Shown: positions 8,992 through 17,029 of the stretch, in pieces | How the letters are laid out: every line of letters begins with the position of its first letter | How positions within the stretch are numbered: the stretch's first letter is position 1 | Assembly (NCBI GenBank): GCA_013334575.1 | Contig: JAAXXG010000001.1 | Coordinates: forward strand, 208,315-272,314 | Origin: Candidatus Moraniibacteriota bacterium | GTDB lineage: Bacteria; Patescibacteriota; Minisyncoccia; Moranbacterales; UBA1568 | Length of the DNA: 64,000 bases | Direction of reading: 5' to 3' | Made by a program: the position numbers and the translations under genes | The notes under the pieces: generated by a model | Seen by the model: only the letters and a program-made list of their open reading frames with translations | Told to the model about the DNA's origin: nothing | The model's database searches: none

Positions 8992-9648
8992 ATGAAAAAT
9001 CCTCTCGACCGGAAGGACTGGACATTCGGAGCCGTCATCGGACTCCTGATCGGCATCTTTTTCCTTCCCATTCTGAAGACGGCGTTTCCGGACCTTTTTC
9101 CCGTCCTCTCATACGCCGTCATCCCGTTCTTCTTCCTCGGCGCCCTTGCCGGTCTCTTCGTAAGCCGGCTCATCGGAACGAAGATTCCCGTCATCTGGCA
9201 GATCGCGAAATTCGGCCTCATCGGGGTGCTCAATTCCTTCATCGACCTCGGAGTCCTCTCGGGACTTTCGCTGATCGGGCGATCGGCATTATCGGTCGAC
9301 GGGGCGGACTCCATCATCCTGATCGGCGCCTTCGCGCTCACCTACTACATGGTCTTCAAGACGATCTCCTTCGTCGTATCGAACGCGAACAGCTACTTCT
9401 GGAACAAGCATTGGACCTTCGAGAGCGCGAAGAAGAAGATGGACCATGCGGGATTCCTCCAGTTCTTCGCGGTCAGCCTCATCGGATTGTTCGTAAACGT
9501 TGCGGTTTCAGCGACGGTCTATCAGCTCGGCGTCACGACCACCTCCCTTACGAGCGGACAGTGGGGTCTTCTCTCCGGTCTCGCCGGCATTTTCGCGGGG
9601 CTCGCCTGGAACTTCATCGGCTACAAATTCGTCGTCTTCAAGGACTGA
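8992..9648 (+). CDS. GtrA-family polysaccharide-synthesis membrane protein with N-terminal extension
   Basis: C-terminal half shows the GtrA pattern (NANSYFWNKHWTF ... WNFIGYKFVVF). Extra N-terminal TM segments are present. Confidence 0.7.
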   Translation: MKNPLDRKDWTFGAVIGLLIGIFFLPILKTAFPDLFPVLSYAVIPFFFLGALAGLFVSRLIGTKIPVIWQIAKFGLIGVLNSFIDLGVLSGLSLIGRSALSVDGADSIILIGAFALTYYMVFKTISFVVSNANSYFWNKHWTFESAKKKMDHAGFLQFFAVSLIGLFVNVAVSATVYQLGVTTTSLTSGQWGLLSGLAGIFAGLAWNFIGYKFVVFKD

Positions 9649-9666
9649 TCTATCCGCCATGACCCG

Positions 9667-9698
9667 AAACCCTCCCCTTTCGGGAGGGTTTTCCGTTT
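9667..9698 (+). terminator. Rho-independent terminator after gtrA-like gene
   Basis: ccctccc-ctttc-gggaggg hairpin followed by ttttccgttt. Confidence 0.6.
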
Positions 9699-9775
9699 GA
9701 TATACTGGAACGAAGCAAGTCGAAACACACGCCCAAACCGTTCGCCATAGGTCGCGCATCGATTATCGAAACCCT

Positions 9776-11365
9776 ATGCCCGTCTTCTACCGAACCTACC
9801 GTCCGACACGATTCTCCGACATCATCGGCCAGGAACATATCGTTCGGACCCTCGAGAACGCCCTACGCGCGGATCGGATCGGACACGCATACCTCTTTAC
9901 GGGCCCTCGCGGGACGGGAAAGACTACGCTCGCCCGGCTTCTTGCAAAGGCGGTAAACTGCACGGACCGGAAGGATGCCGAACCCTGCGGAAAATGTGAG
10001 AATTGCTCTCTCATGGCCGAGGGCCGCTCACTCGACCTCATCGAGTTCGATGCCGCGACACACACGCAGGTTGACCGCATGCGCGAGATCCTCGAGACGG
10101 TCCCGACCCCTCCCGCATCCGGCCGCTATAAGGTCTATATCATCGACGAGGCCCACATGCTCACCTCCGGCGCCTGGAACGCGTTTCTCAAGACGCTCGA
10201 GGAACCCCCGGCGCATGCCCTGTTCATCCTCGCGACCACGGCGTTCCACAAGGTCCCCGAGACCATCGTCTCGCGCTGCCAACGGTTCGACCTTGCACGC
10301 TTTCCGGTCGGCGACATCGTAGAAAAGCTGTCCCGGATAGCAAAACAAGAAAAACTCAAGATAGACGACGACGCACTCCGGCTGATCGCGCTCACTGCCG
10401 AAGGGGGCATGCGCGACGCGGAATCACTCCTCTCGCAGGTGGCATCGCTTCAGGAAAGCCCTATCACCGAGGAGAACGCGGCAGCCATCCTCGGTGCGAC
10501 CAGCCAATCGAAAATCTCCGCCTTTGCCGGACTGATCACCTCCGGAGACCTTCCGGGATCGATGACGTTCATACGGGAACTGTCCGAACGGGGGGAGAAT
10601 CTTCCGGCATTCGTCCCAGCGTTCCTGCGACACCTCCGGATACTCCTCCTGGCCTCCATCGACCCTGTCGCCGCGGAAACGGATCTCGAATCCTTCACCA
10701 CGGAACGACGCAAGGAAACACTCGCGACCGCGGCCTCGTTCACTCCCGACCGCCTCGTCGAGATCATCGGGCACTTCCGCGACGCGGAAGCGTCCGTACG
10801 CAGCGCGTCCATTCCGGAACTCCCGCTCGAGATAGCGATCGTCAGATCACTCCGAGGGCGCCCTGCCACCGCCCGGGAACTGCGGCGCGAAGAAGAGGAG
10901 GAAGAGGAGGAGATCAGACCTCTTTCGACGAAAACGGCGAGTGATTCGGCTCCCGTGTCCGCACCTGTCATTCCGGCATCCGAAGAAGAGAATCGCCCGA
11001 AGGAGAGCCTTCCGGAATCCGAAGCATCCGACCACGACGGGCCAGCGACGTTCTCGCTCGTCGACGTACAGGACCGATGGCGGGACATCCTCCGGGAGGC
11101 CACCCGCCTCAACGCCTCACTCACGCTCGCGCTGACGAACGCGCAGCCCGTTACGACCGACGGAAATCGGGTCACGATCGCCGTCCGGTTCCCCTTTCAC
11201 AAGGACCGGCTCGAGAACCACGCGAACGCATTGACCCTCGCCCAGGCCTTTGATACCATTCTCTCGGCCAAGACGAGGATCTCCGTCATCGTGGATGCCG
11301 CAAGCGGGACCGGACACCCGCTCGTCTCGCAGGCACTCTCCGCCCTCGGCGGCGAAGTGGTGTAG
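9776..11365 (+). CDS. dnaX: DNA polymerase III subunit gamma/tau
   Basis: N-terminal RPTRFSDIIGQEHIVRTLENAL...GPRGTGKTT clamp-loader AAA+ motifs. Zinc module CTDRKDAEPCGKCENC. Confidence 0.9.
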   Translation: MPVFYRTYRPTRFSDIIGQEHIVRTLENALRADRIGHAYLFTGPRGTGKTTLARLLAKAVNCTDRKDAEPCGKCENCSLMAEGRSLDLIEFDAATHTQVDRMREILETVPTPPASGRYKVYIIDEAHMLTSGAWNAFLKTLEEPPAHALFILATTAFHKVPETIVSRCQRFDLARFPVGDIVEKLSRIAKQEKLKIDDDALRLIALTAEGGMRDAESLLSQVASLQESPITEENAAAILGATSQSKISAFAGLITSGDLPGSMTFIRELSERGENLPAFVPAFLRHLRILLLASIDPVAAETDLESFTTERRKETLATAASFTPDRLVEIIGHFRDAEASVRSASIPELPLEIAIVRSLRGRPATARELRREEEEEEEEIRPLSTKTASDSAPVSAPVIPASEEENRPKESLPESEASDHDGPATFSLVDVQDRWRDILREATRLNASLTLALTNAQPVTTDGNRVTIAVRFPFHKDRLENHANALTLAQAFDTILSAKTRISVIVDAASGTGHPLVSQALSALGGEVV

Positions 11366-11465
11366 CCGGGATAGAGAATAAAGAATGAAGCAAAGGATGA
11401 ATCGGACCGAATTCGAAAGTTTGATTCATTATTCATGATTCTTGATCCTCTATTCCGGAAAAAAT

Positions 11466-11537
11466 TGGGGAGTAGCCAAGTGGTAAGGCAACAGGTTTTG
11501 GTCCTGTCATACGTAGGTTCGATCCCTACCTCCCCAG
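11466..11537 (+). tRNA. tRNA-Gln (anticodon UUG)
   Basis: Cloverleaf by hand: acceptor TGGGGAG/CTCCCCA (U1:A72 as in bacterial tRNA-Gln). D-arm GCC-AAGTGGTAA-GGC. Anticodon stem ACAGG/CCTGT with loop TTTTGGT. T-arm GTAGG-TTCGATC-CCTAC. Discriminator G. Near-identical architecture to E. coli tRNA-Gln(UUG). Confidence 0.85.
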
Positions 11538-11553
11538 CAACTATTTTCCCACT

Positions 11554-12120
11554 ATGAAATCGGCGATCATTCTGCATGGAATGCCTTCGAAAGATGAGTA
11601 CTTCGATCCGAAAAGTCCGGCACAATCAAACAAACACTGGTTGCCATGGATTCAACGACATCTCATCCTTCGCGGAATCCTCGCGCAAACACCGGAGATG
11701 CCCGACGCATATGCGCCGAATTACGAAAAATGGCGTACGCTGTTCGAACAGTTCGCGATAGACGAAGAAACGATGCTAATAGGTCATAGCTGCGGAGCCG
11801 GCTTTCTCGTCCGCTGGCTGAGTGAAAACAAAACGAAGGTCGGCAAGGTCGCGCTCGTGGCGCCCTGGCTCAATCTCGACCATGAGTACGACATTGACTT
11901 CTTTGATTTCGAAATCGACGAATCACTCGCGGAAAGAACGGATGGTGTCACGATATTCGTCTCATCGGACGATTACCAAACCATCATAGACAGCGTCGCG
12001 AAGATACGGAGTACCGTCAAATCCGCAGGTGTAAAGAAATTCACCGATCAGGGTCATTTCACTTTCAACGACATGAAGACGGTGGAATTTCCGGAATTAC
12101 TCGATACCCTGATTCGATAG
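11554..12120 (+). CDS. Alpha/beta hydrolase, RBBP9/YdeN-like serine hydrolase
   Basis: 188 aa. GHSCG nucleophile elbow. Size and motif order typical of the YdeN/RBBP9 family. Confidence 0.7.
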   Translation: MKSAIILHGMPSKDEYFDPKSPAQSNKHWLPWIQRHLILRGILAQTPEMPDAYAPNYEKWRTLFEQFAIDEETMLIGHSCGAGFLVRWLSENKTKVGKVALVAPWLNLDHEYDIDFFDFEIDESLAERTDGVTIFVSSDDYQTIIDSVAKIRSTVKSAGVKKFTDQGHFTFNDMKTVEFPELLDTLIR

Positions 12121-12156
12121 GAATTCCATCTTCGTCCCAGAGTCCAGACAACCATC

Positions 12157-12807
12157 ATGGAAAACGATTTGGTCAATTTACGGCAGATATACGAGAGGTT
12201 TTCGGTGCCGCCGAACCTCGCGGAGCATATGGAGACGGTGGCACAGGTCGTCCGCGTCATACGGGATCACTGGATCGGTGAGTCGGTCGACTGGGACTTC
12301 ATCATCCAGGCGGCACTGCTCCACGATATCGGAAACATAGTGAAGTTCGATTTCGAGGCTCACCCGGAATTCCTTGGAGACGAAGCAAAAAACGTCGAAT
12401 ACTGGAAGGAAGTACGGACGGACATCATTGCCCGGTACGGGAATGACGACCATCTGGCAAGCGGCAACATGCTCAGGGAAATCGGAGTCTCCGACGAGCT
12501 CCTTTCGACCATTCAGAACAAATCGTTCGCGAATGCCATCGACGTAGCCGCCGGGAACGATTGGAACGCGAAGATACTGCTGTACGCGGACATGCGGGTC
12601 ATGCCGCACGGAGTAACGTCTCTGGAGGAGCGTCTTGCCGATGTCCGACGCCGCATGCCGCAATACTACCGACGGCTGGATTTCGAGGAACTTCTCGATG
12701 CCGCTCGGGACATAGAGACCCAGATAACCGCACACCTCGACAAGGCCGTGACGGATATTACGTGGGTCGAAAATGAGGGTTCCGACGATAATTCGGTACG
12801 CATATGA
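12157..12807 (+). CDS. HD-domain metal-dependent phosphohydrolase
   Basis: H...HD motif (LAEHMETV ... ALLHDIGN) and downstream Asp residues. Confidence 0.75.
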   Translation: MENDLVNLRQIYERFSVPPNLAEHMETVAQVVRVIRDHWIGESVDWDFIIQAALLHDIGNIVKFDFEAHPEFLGDEAKNVEYWKEVRTDIIARYGNDDHLASGNMLREIGVSDELLSTIQNKSFANAIDVAAGNDWNAKILLYADMRVMPHGVTSLEERLADVRRRMPQYYRRLDFEELLDAARDIETQITAHLDKAVTDITWVENEGSDDNSVRI

Positions 12808-13133
12808 ACGACATGGAAGATAGGATCGAGGCGATGGAACGCGAGCTGGCCGCCATACGGGAGCGAAATGTCCGGGTGGAGGCGGACAAGGCCTGGGAAA
12901 CCAGTCCTGTACGCATCGTCTCAATCGTAGTCACGACCTACCTGATCGCCGCTGTTGTTCTCTCGGCCATCGGGAATGATTCCCCGTCCCGCAATGCGCT
13001 GATCCCAGCACTCGGATACCTGCTCTCGACCCTTTCCCTGGGTTTCGTACGGAACACCGTAAAGCAGATAACCTTAAAACACTTCCAACACCCCTCAAGG
13101 AAGATGAAAATCCGACAGAATCGTAATCAATAA
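12804..13133 (+). CDS. Small coiled-coil + 2-TM membrane protein, hypothetical (start overlaps HD gene stop, ATGA)
   Basis: 109 aa. 4-nt overlap with the upstream gene suggests translational coupling. Hydrophobic segments IVSIVVTTYLIAAVVLSAIG and LIPALGYLLSTLSLGF. Confidence 0.45.
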   Translation: MNDMEDRIEAMERELAAIRERNVRVEADKAWETSPVRIVSIVVTTYLIAAVVLSAIGNDSPSRNALIPALGYLLSTLSLGFVRNTVKQITLKHFQHPSRKMKIRQNRNQ

Positions 13134-13198
13134 CAAGATTGCTCGATTTAAAATATTTTGGCTTTTATTGGCTATTTTTCGTATAAATCCCTGCAGGT

Positions 13199-13226
13199 AT
13201 TGACAAATTCATCAAGTCATGTATAA
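13199..13226 (+). promoter_or_regulatory. Consensus sigma70 promoter (TTGACA-16-TATAAT) with no downstream ORF
   Basis: Exact TTGACA at 13199-13204 and TATAAT at 13221-13226 within an AT-rich island. Next + strand gene is over 1.6 kb away (the IS). Confidence 0.5.
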
Positions 13227-13555
13227 TAGGGACCAGATAGGGGTTTCTGACAATATACAGCCTTGTGGCTCGTTGTCTCACCTATATCTTTGTTCTCTGG
13301 TGTTAGATTTTCGTTATCCTCGAAGATAACGTTGGCCCTTCCCGATAGTCTCTTGTGTTTTTCGGCTCAAGATGGATTCAGCCGAGTAACACTGGAAGGG
13401 ATTGAATGAATCCAAAAACGTGGGACGTCAAAGGTCGATGTTTCCACGAGAGAAAAGACCTGGGATTTCCTCAATTGGAAATCTGACGTGGCGTGAATCC
13501 TATATGGTTTCGCGTCACTTTTCTTTTTCTCAGGCCTTGCAACTTCTCCGAAACA

Positions 13556-13596
13556 TCCGAAAAACATGAAAGCCTCGGCGTTACGCCCGAGGCTTT
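13556..13596 (-). terminator. Rho-independent terminator (agcctcgg...ccgaggct hairpin), serves minus-strand APH-like gene, possibly bidirectional
   Basis: 8-bp GC-rich stem. Minus-strand reading is followed by tgtttttcgg. Confidence 0.6.
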
Positions 13597-13602
13597 CTTC
13601 GT

Positions 13603-14529
13603 TCATTCGATTCCATTCCTGATAAGCCGTACCATGAGCTGGATCTTCGCATCACGGTCCTTTGCTGGAATATATTCGGCGCTATGCTTGAGCAGGTCCC
13701 ATCCGAGCGCTCCTATCAGCCGGAATGCCAGAACGGCATTCACTTCATCCGACGCATAGTCGCCGAGATATCCAAGAAGAGGCTGTCGCACCGTCTCGTA
13801 CGTCCGTTCCGAATCCCCCACCGAAAGTAACAGGAAATCGAAGGCTCGCAACAGGTCGTAGTAAGCCGGCGCTATACGCGGAACCGCCTCTAGATCAAGA
13901 AGATACGGCTTCCCACCGCCTTCCGGAAGAATGACATGATCGCCGATGACGTTCCCGTGTACATAGCCGAACCGTCCGGGTCCGTCCGAAAGATGTGCGA
14001 TCCGATCCGAAAGACCCCTCACTTCCTCGAACGACAGGAATCCCGCGTCGACGATCGGCCTGGACCAGAGGCTTAGTCGGGAAAGCATCCATTTATTCCC
14101 TTCCGCGGAGGCATCGGGCATCCCTTTCTCCTGTACCAGCGCATCGACGACACGACGGTACGACTCCGATATTTCCCAACATACGGAAAGGTACCGTTCC
14201 GGATCGGAATCGGCGAGCATATTGAGCGACTCGCCGGCTATCTCTTCGAGAAGGACCCATCCCTCACCCTCGTCCAGTACGACAGGAACGAGAAACGGAA
14301 GGACTCCTTCAATCCGCTTAGCAAGCGCGAACAAACAGACCTGCGATTCGGATATCCTTCCTGTCTTGAGAACGGCCCTCGCGCCGGAATCGTTCACGAT
14401 AACACGCGAGACGTTCTCCTTTCCTCGGAAAAACCCTGCCTCGACGAGCGTCAGTCCCTTCTCCCGAAGGACAAGATCGCGATCCGCCGACGGCATATCC
14501 TGCTCACTACCTGCATTGGTCGCTCTCAT
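13603..14529 (-). CDS. Aminoglycoside/choline-kinase-like phosphotransferase (APH family)
   Basis: Brenner motif HGNVIGDHVIL and LLDLE (APH catalytic loop / DxD). Start chosen at internal Met (MRATNAG) because the upstream extension runs into the AT-rich intergenic region. Confidence 0.7.
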   Translation of the reverse strand: MRATNAGSEQDMPSADRDLVLREKGLTLVEAGFFRGKENVSRVIVNDSGARAVLKTGRISESQVCLFALAKRIEGVLPFLVPVVLDEGEGWVLLEEIAGESLNMLADSDPERYLSVCWEISESYRRVVDALVQEKGMPDASAEGNKWMLSRLSLWSRPIVDAGFLSFEEVRGLSDRIAHLSDGPGRFGYVHGNVIGDHVILPEGGGKPYLLDLEAVPRIAPAYYDLLRAFDFLLLSVGDSERTYETVRQPLLGYLGDYASDEVNAVLAFRLIGALGWDLLKHSAEYIPAKDRDAKIQLMVRLIRNGIE

Positions 14530-14858
14530 ATGCAGCAAAAAGGAAACTGGTTGGTGCAAAAGCCGAACACGAAGAGCGGCCCGACACGCCAGAGAAATAA
14601 TATCATATCGCATGATGATTCGCGTTTTGTTTTTAAAATAACAGTCCAAAGCCGAAAAATACGTCCGCCACCAGGTTTAGTGAAGTGACAAACGTATATT
14701 CTCAAATGAGGCTTTTATTCCTCTCTGGTCGTTCCCCGTTTCCCGTGAAATTATGGCTTTAAAAAAACATCAATCCTCCTGTCTTAGCTTTACAGAATAA
14801 TAAATCACTTTGTTTATTATATATCATTTTAAAAAAAGTGTCAATCTTCTTTGGTAAT

Positions 14859-15875
14859 GTGTACACACATATGGCGGTTCTGCTAGGCTCCGAGGTCCAT
14901 CCCTCATCCTGGCTCATATGTCCGTCCATATGCCGAAAACGATACAGGAAGAGCGGTTGAGATGGGTCCTGCCCATCGTGGGAAAGGAGGTGAGACTCTG
15001 TGATATCGCGAAAGTCTGTCCTCACGGGAAACGGACCCTGGAACGATGGGTCGCGGCATATCGGAGGGGCGGCAAGGAAGCGCTGATTCCCCGATCGACC
15101 CGACCGAAGACCTCACCGTATGAGACGCCGATCCATATCAAGGAACAAGTGATATCGCTCCGAAAGAAGACCGGGCTCTGCGCGAGGAAGCTGTCGTGGA
15201 AATTGGGAAAGGAAGGGGTCGCGATACACGGGCGGGTGGTCGGGAAGATCCTGAAGCAGGAAGGCCTCGTCCGGACGTATCGGGTCAGGAAGGTGAAGAC
15301 GAAGTACGTGAAGATGCCGCTTCAGCCGGGAGAACTCATGGAAATCGACGTGAAGTATGTGCCCGAAAGAATAGGTGAGAAGGCGTATTTCCAGTATACG
15401 GCCATCGATTGCTCCTCGAGGTGGCGATATCTGCTCGCATACGAGGAGATGAATATCGGCAACTCGATACGGTTCCTGGAATCGGTCATATCCGTCTTCC
15501 CGCACCGCATACGGTCCGTGAAGACCGACAACGGGTCGATCTTCACCAACTCCTACCTCGGGACGAACAAACGGAGCGACATGACCGTGAAGACGATCCA
15601 CGCGTTCGATATCTTCTGCCGGGACAATGGGATCATCCACTACCTGATCGATCCCGGGAAACCCGCCCAGAACGGGAAGGTCGAACGGAGCCACCGGGAG
15701 GACCAGGAGAAGTTCTATGAGTGCAATGTCTTCGTCTCGTTCGAGGATTTGCAAACGAAGCTCAAAACGTGGAATATGTACTACAACGATCTGGAACACT
15801 GCGGATTGAACGGAAAGAGTCCGAACGAATTTCTGAAAGAGTTCGAGTTAATCAATCCGCCAAATGTGTGTACCT
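14859..15875 (+). mobile_element. IS481-family insertion sequence (about 1.0 kb) with 17-bp imperfect terminal inverted repeats
   Basis: Left IR GTACACACATATGGCGG (14861-14877). Right IR CCGCCAAATGTGTGTAC (15857-15873), 16/17 match as reverse complement. Single DDE transposase ORF fills the element. Inserted in an AT-rich intergenic region. Confidence 0.75.
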
Positions 15876-15877
15876 AG
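14918..15877 (+). CDS. IS481-family DDE transposase (N-terminal HTH + rve integrase core)
   Basis: 319 aa. HTH region (RLCDIAKVCPHGKRTLERWV). Integrase core with D (MEIDVKY), D (KTDNGSIF) and E (QNGKVERSHRE) spacing. Confidence 0.85.
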   Translation: MSVHMPKTIQEERLRWVLPIVGKEVRLCDIAKVCPHGKRTLERWVAAYRRGGKEALIPRSTRPKTSPYETPIHIKEQVISLRKKTGLCARKLSWKLGKEGVAIHGRVVGKILKQEGLVRTYRVRKVKTKYVKMPLQPGELMEIDVKYVPERIGEKAYFQYTAIDCSSRWRYLLAYEEMNIGNSIRFLESVISVFPHRIRSVKTDNGSIFTNSYLGTNKRSDMTVKTIHAFDIFCRDNGIIHYLIDPGKPAQNGKVERSHREDQEKFYECNVFVSFEDLQTKLKTWNMYYNDLEHCGLNGKSPNEFLKEFELINPPNVCT

Positions 15878-15908
15878 GACATCGTGATTCATATCGGAAC
15901 GGGATATA

Positions 15909-16589
15909 ATGAAAATACAGCATCGGAACGACATGGATCTTCTGGAACTTCTCCGCCTCGTCTTCGGCACCGACGCGAACGCCGACCTCAACCGGTCGAC
16001 GATCTGGACCTTCGTCCTCGTCGTCGTCGCCTATCTCCAGTTCCGACGGGCGAACCACATCTCGAGCGCCGACTTCATCCATCGGCTCAAGAACGATTTC
16101 TTCGGTAAGGAGACGCGCGAGCTCTTCTTTCTCTTCGAGAAGGATTACCTGAGGTTCGATGCGGAATCGGAAGTGTTCACGCTGGTACGGATTGACAGGC
16201 GGACCCGCGAAGAACTCGGAATCACCCGGAAATTCTACACGATCTACGAGGTGGACGACTTCATCCTCGGCGACGTGTACGACCTCGGACTATTCGAACA
16301 GAAACACATCGTCGACATAGACATGGTCTACGAGGAATTCGGATACTATGTCGAAACGATATATGCTAACAAGGCGATCAGGTTCTATATCGACAACCAG
16401 CGTCGCGAAACCAAGCATCGCGCCGTCTATGACAAGCTGGACTACATAGGCCTCAAGTGCCGACTCTACGGCGACTCTAAACGAAAAAAACGCTCGCTCC
16501 TCCGATGGCGGATACGGACCTGCTTCCAGGAGGCACGGCTCAGACGGATAGAACGCATACTCAGCGCTATCGGTATAAGCGAAAAATGA
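15909..16589 (+). CDS. Hypothetical protein (226 aa) immediately downstream of IS right end
   Basis: Long ORF with no recognisable motifs. Start uncertain (ATG at 15909 or MDLLELL at 15933). Confidence 0.45.
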   Translation: MKIQHRNDMDLLELLRLVFGTDANADLNRSTIWTFVLVVVAYLQFRRANHISSADFIHRLKNDFFGKETRELFFLFEKDYLRFDAESEVFTLVRIDRRTREELGITRKFYTIYEVDDFILGDVYDLGLFEQKHIVDIDMVYEEFGYYVETIYANKAIRFYIDNQRRETKHRAVYDKLDYIGLKCRLYGDSKRKKRSLLRWRIRTCFQEARLRRIERILSAIGISEK

Positions 16590-16798
16590 CCAGGTATCCT
16601 ATGGACCAAGAACTCAAAGACCGGCTCGACGCGCAGGACAAGAAACTCGATGCGATCTACGTGTCGGTCGAGAAGGCGCGGAAGTACTTCCTCTGGACGC
16701 TCATCGCGACCGTCGTCGCGTTCGTCCTCCCGCTTCTTGCGGCCATAATCCTGGTCCCCTTGATGCTCGGACCGCTCATGTCCGCCTATTCGATCTGA
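16586..16798 (+). CDS. Small C-terminally TM-anchored protein (about 70 aa), hypothetical
   Basis: Internal Met start MTRYPMDQELK. Coiled-coil N-terminus plus hydrophobic tail LWTLIATVVAFVLPLLAAIILVPLMLGPLM. Confidence 0.4.
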   Translation: MTRYPMDQELKDRLDAQDKKLDAIYVSVEKARKYFLWTLIATVVAFVLPLLAAIILVPLMLGPLMSAYSI

Positions 16799-16807
16799 TA
16801 CCGGCGG

Positions 16808-17026
16808 TCAGGAAATCTCGATGATCTTTTTCCTTGATGATGTTCCCGAAACGATGCGAATGCATGACGGAGCGACGCCGAAACGGTCCGCGATGACCTT
16901 TAAAAGCCGCACATTCGCCTTCCCTTCACGGCTCGGCGCCTTGACCGATACGGAGAGAGCTCCGTCCTCCCGCTCGACTATCTCGTCTTTTCTCGCGTTC
17001 GGTTTGACCGTGACGGATATCCTCAT
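16808..17026 (-). CDS. DUF167/YggU-family protein
   Basis: 72 aa. Motif pattern VKPNARKDEIV...RIVSGTSSRKKII is typical of UPF0235/DUF167. Confidence 0.6.
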   Translation of the reverse strand: MRISVTVKPNARKDEIVEREDGALSVSVKAPSREGKANVRLLKVIADRFGVAPSCIRIVSGTSSRKKIIEIS

Positions 17027-17029
17027 ACC

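Noticed and set aside
13230-13600. Considered tmRNA, RNase P RNA or SRP RNA for the promoter-driven non-coding stretch
   Set aside because: No GGGG...T-arm...CCA architecture (tmRNA), no GGAAAGUCC P4 motif (RNase P), no GGAAGCAGCC-like SRP domain IV motif. Left as an unclassified candidate sRNA instead.
14845-15890. Looked for a target-site duplication flanking the IS481 element and for a direct repeat of the tRNA-Gln 3' end bounding the putative island
   Set aside because: No convincing 4-10 bp direct repeat flanks the IRs (...ttggtaa | ... | cctagga...), and no copy of the tRNA 3' end was seen downstream. The island boundaries therefore remain unproven.
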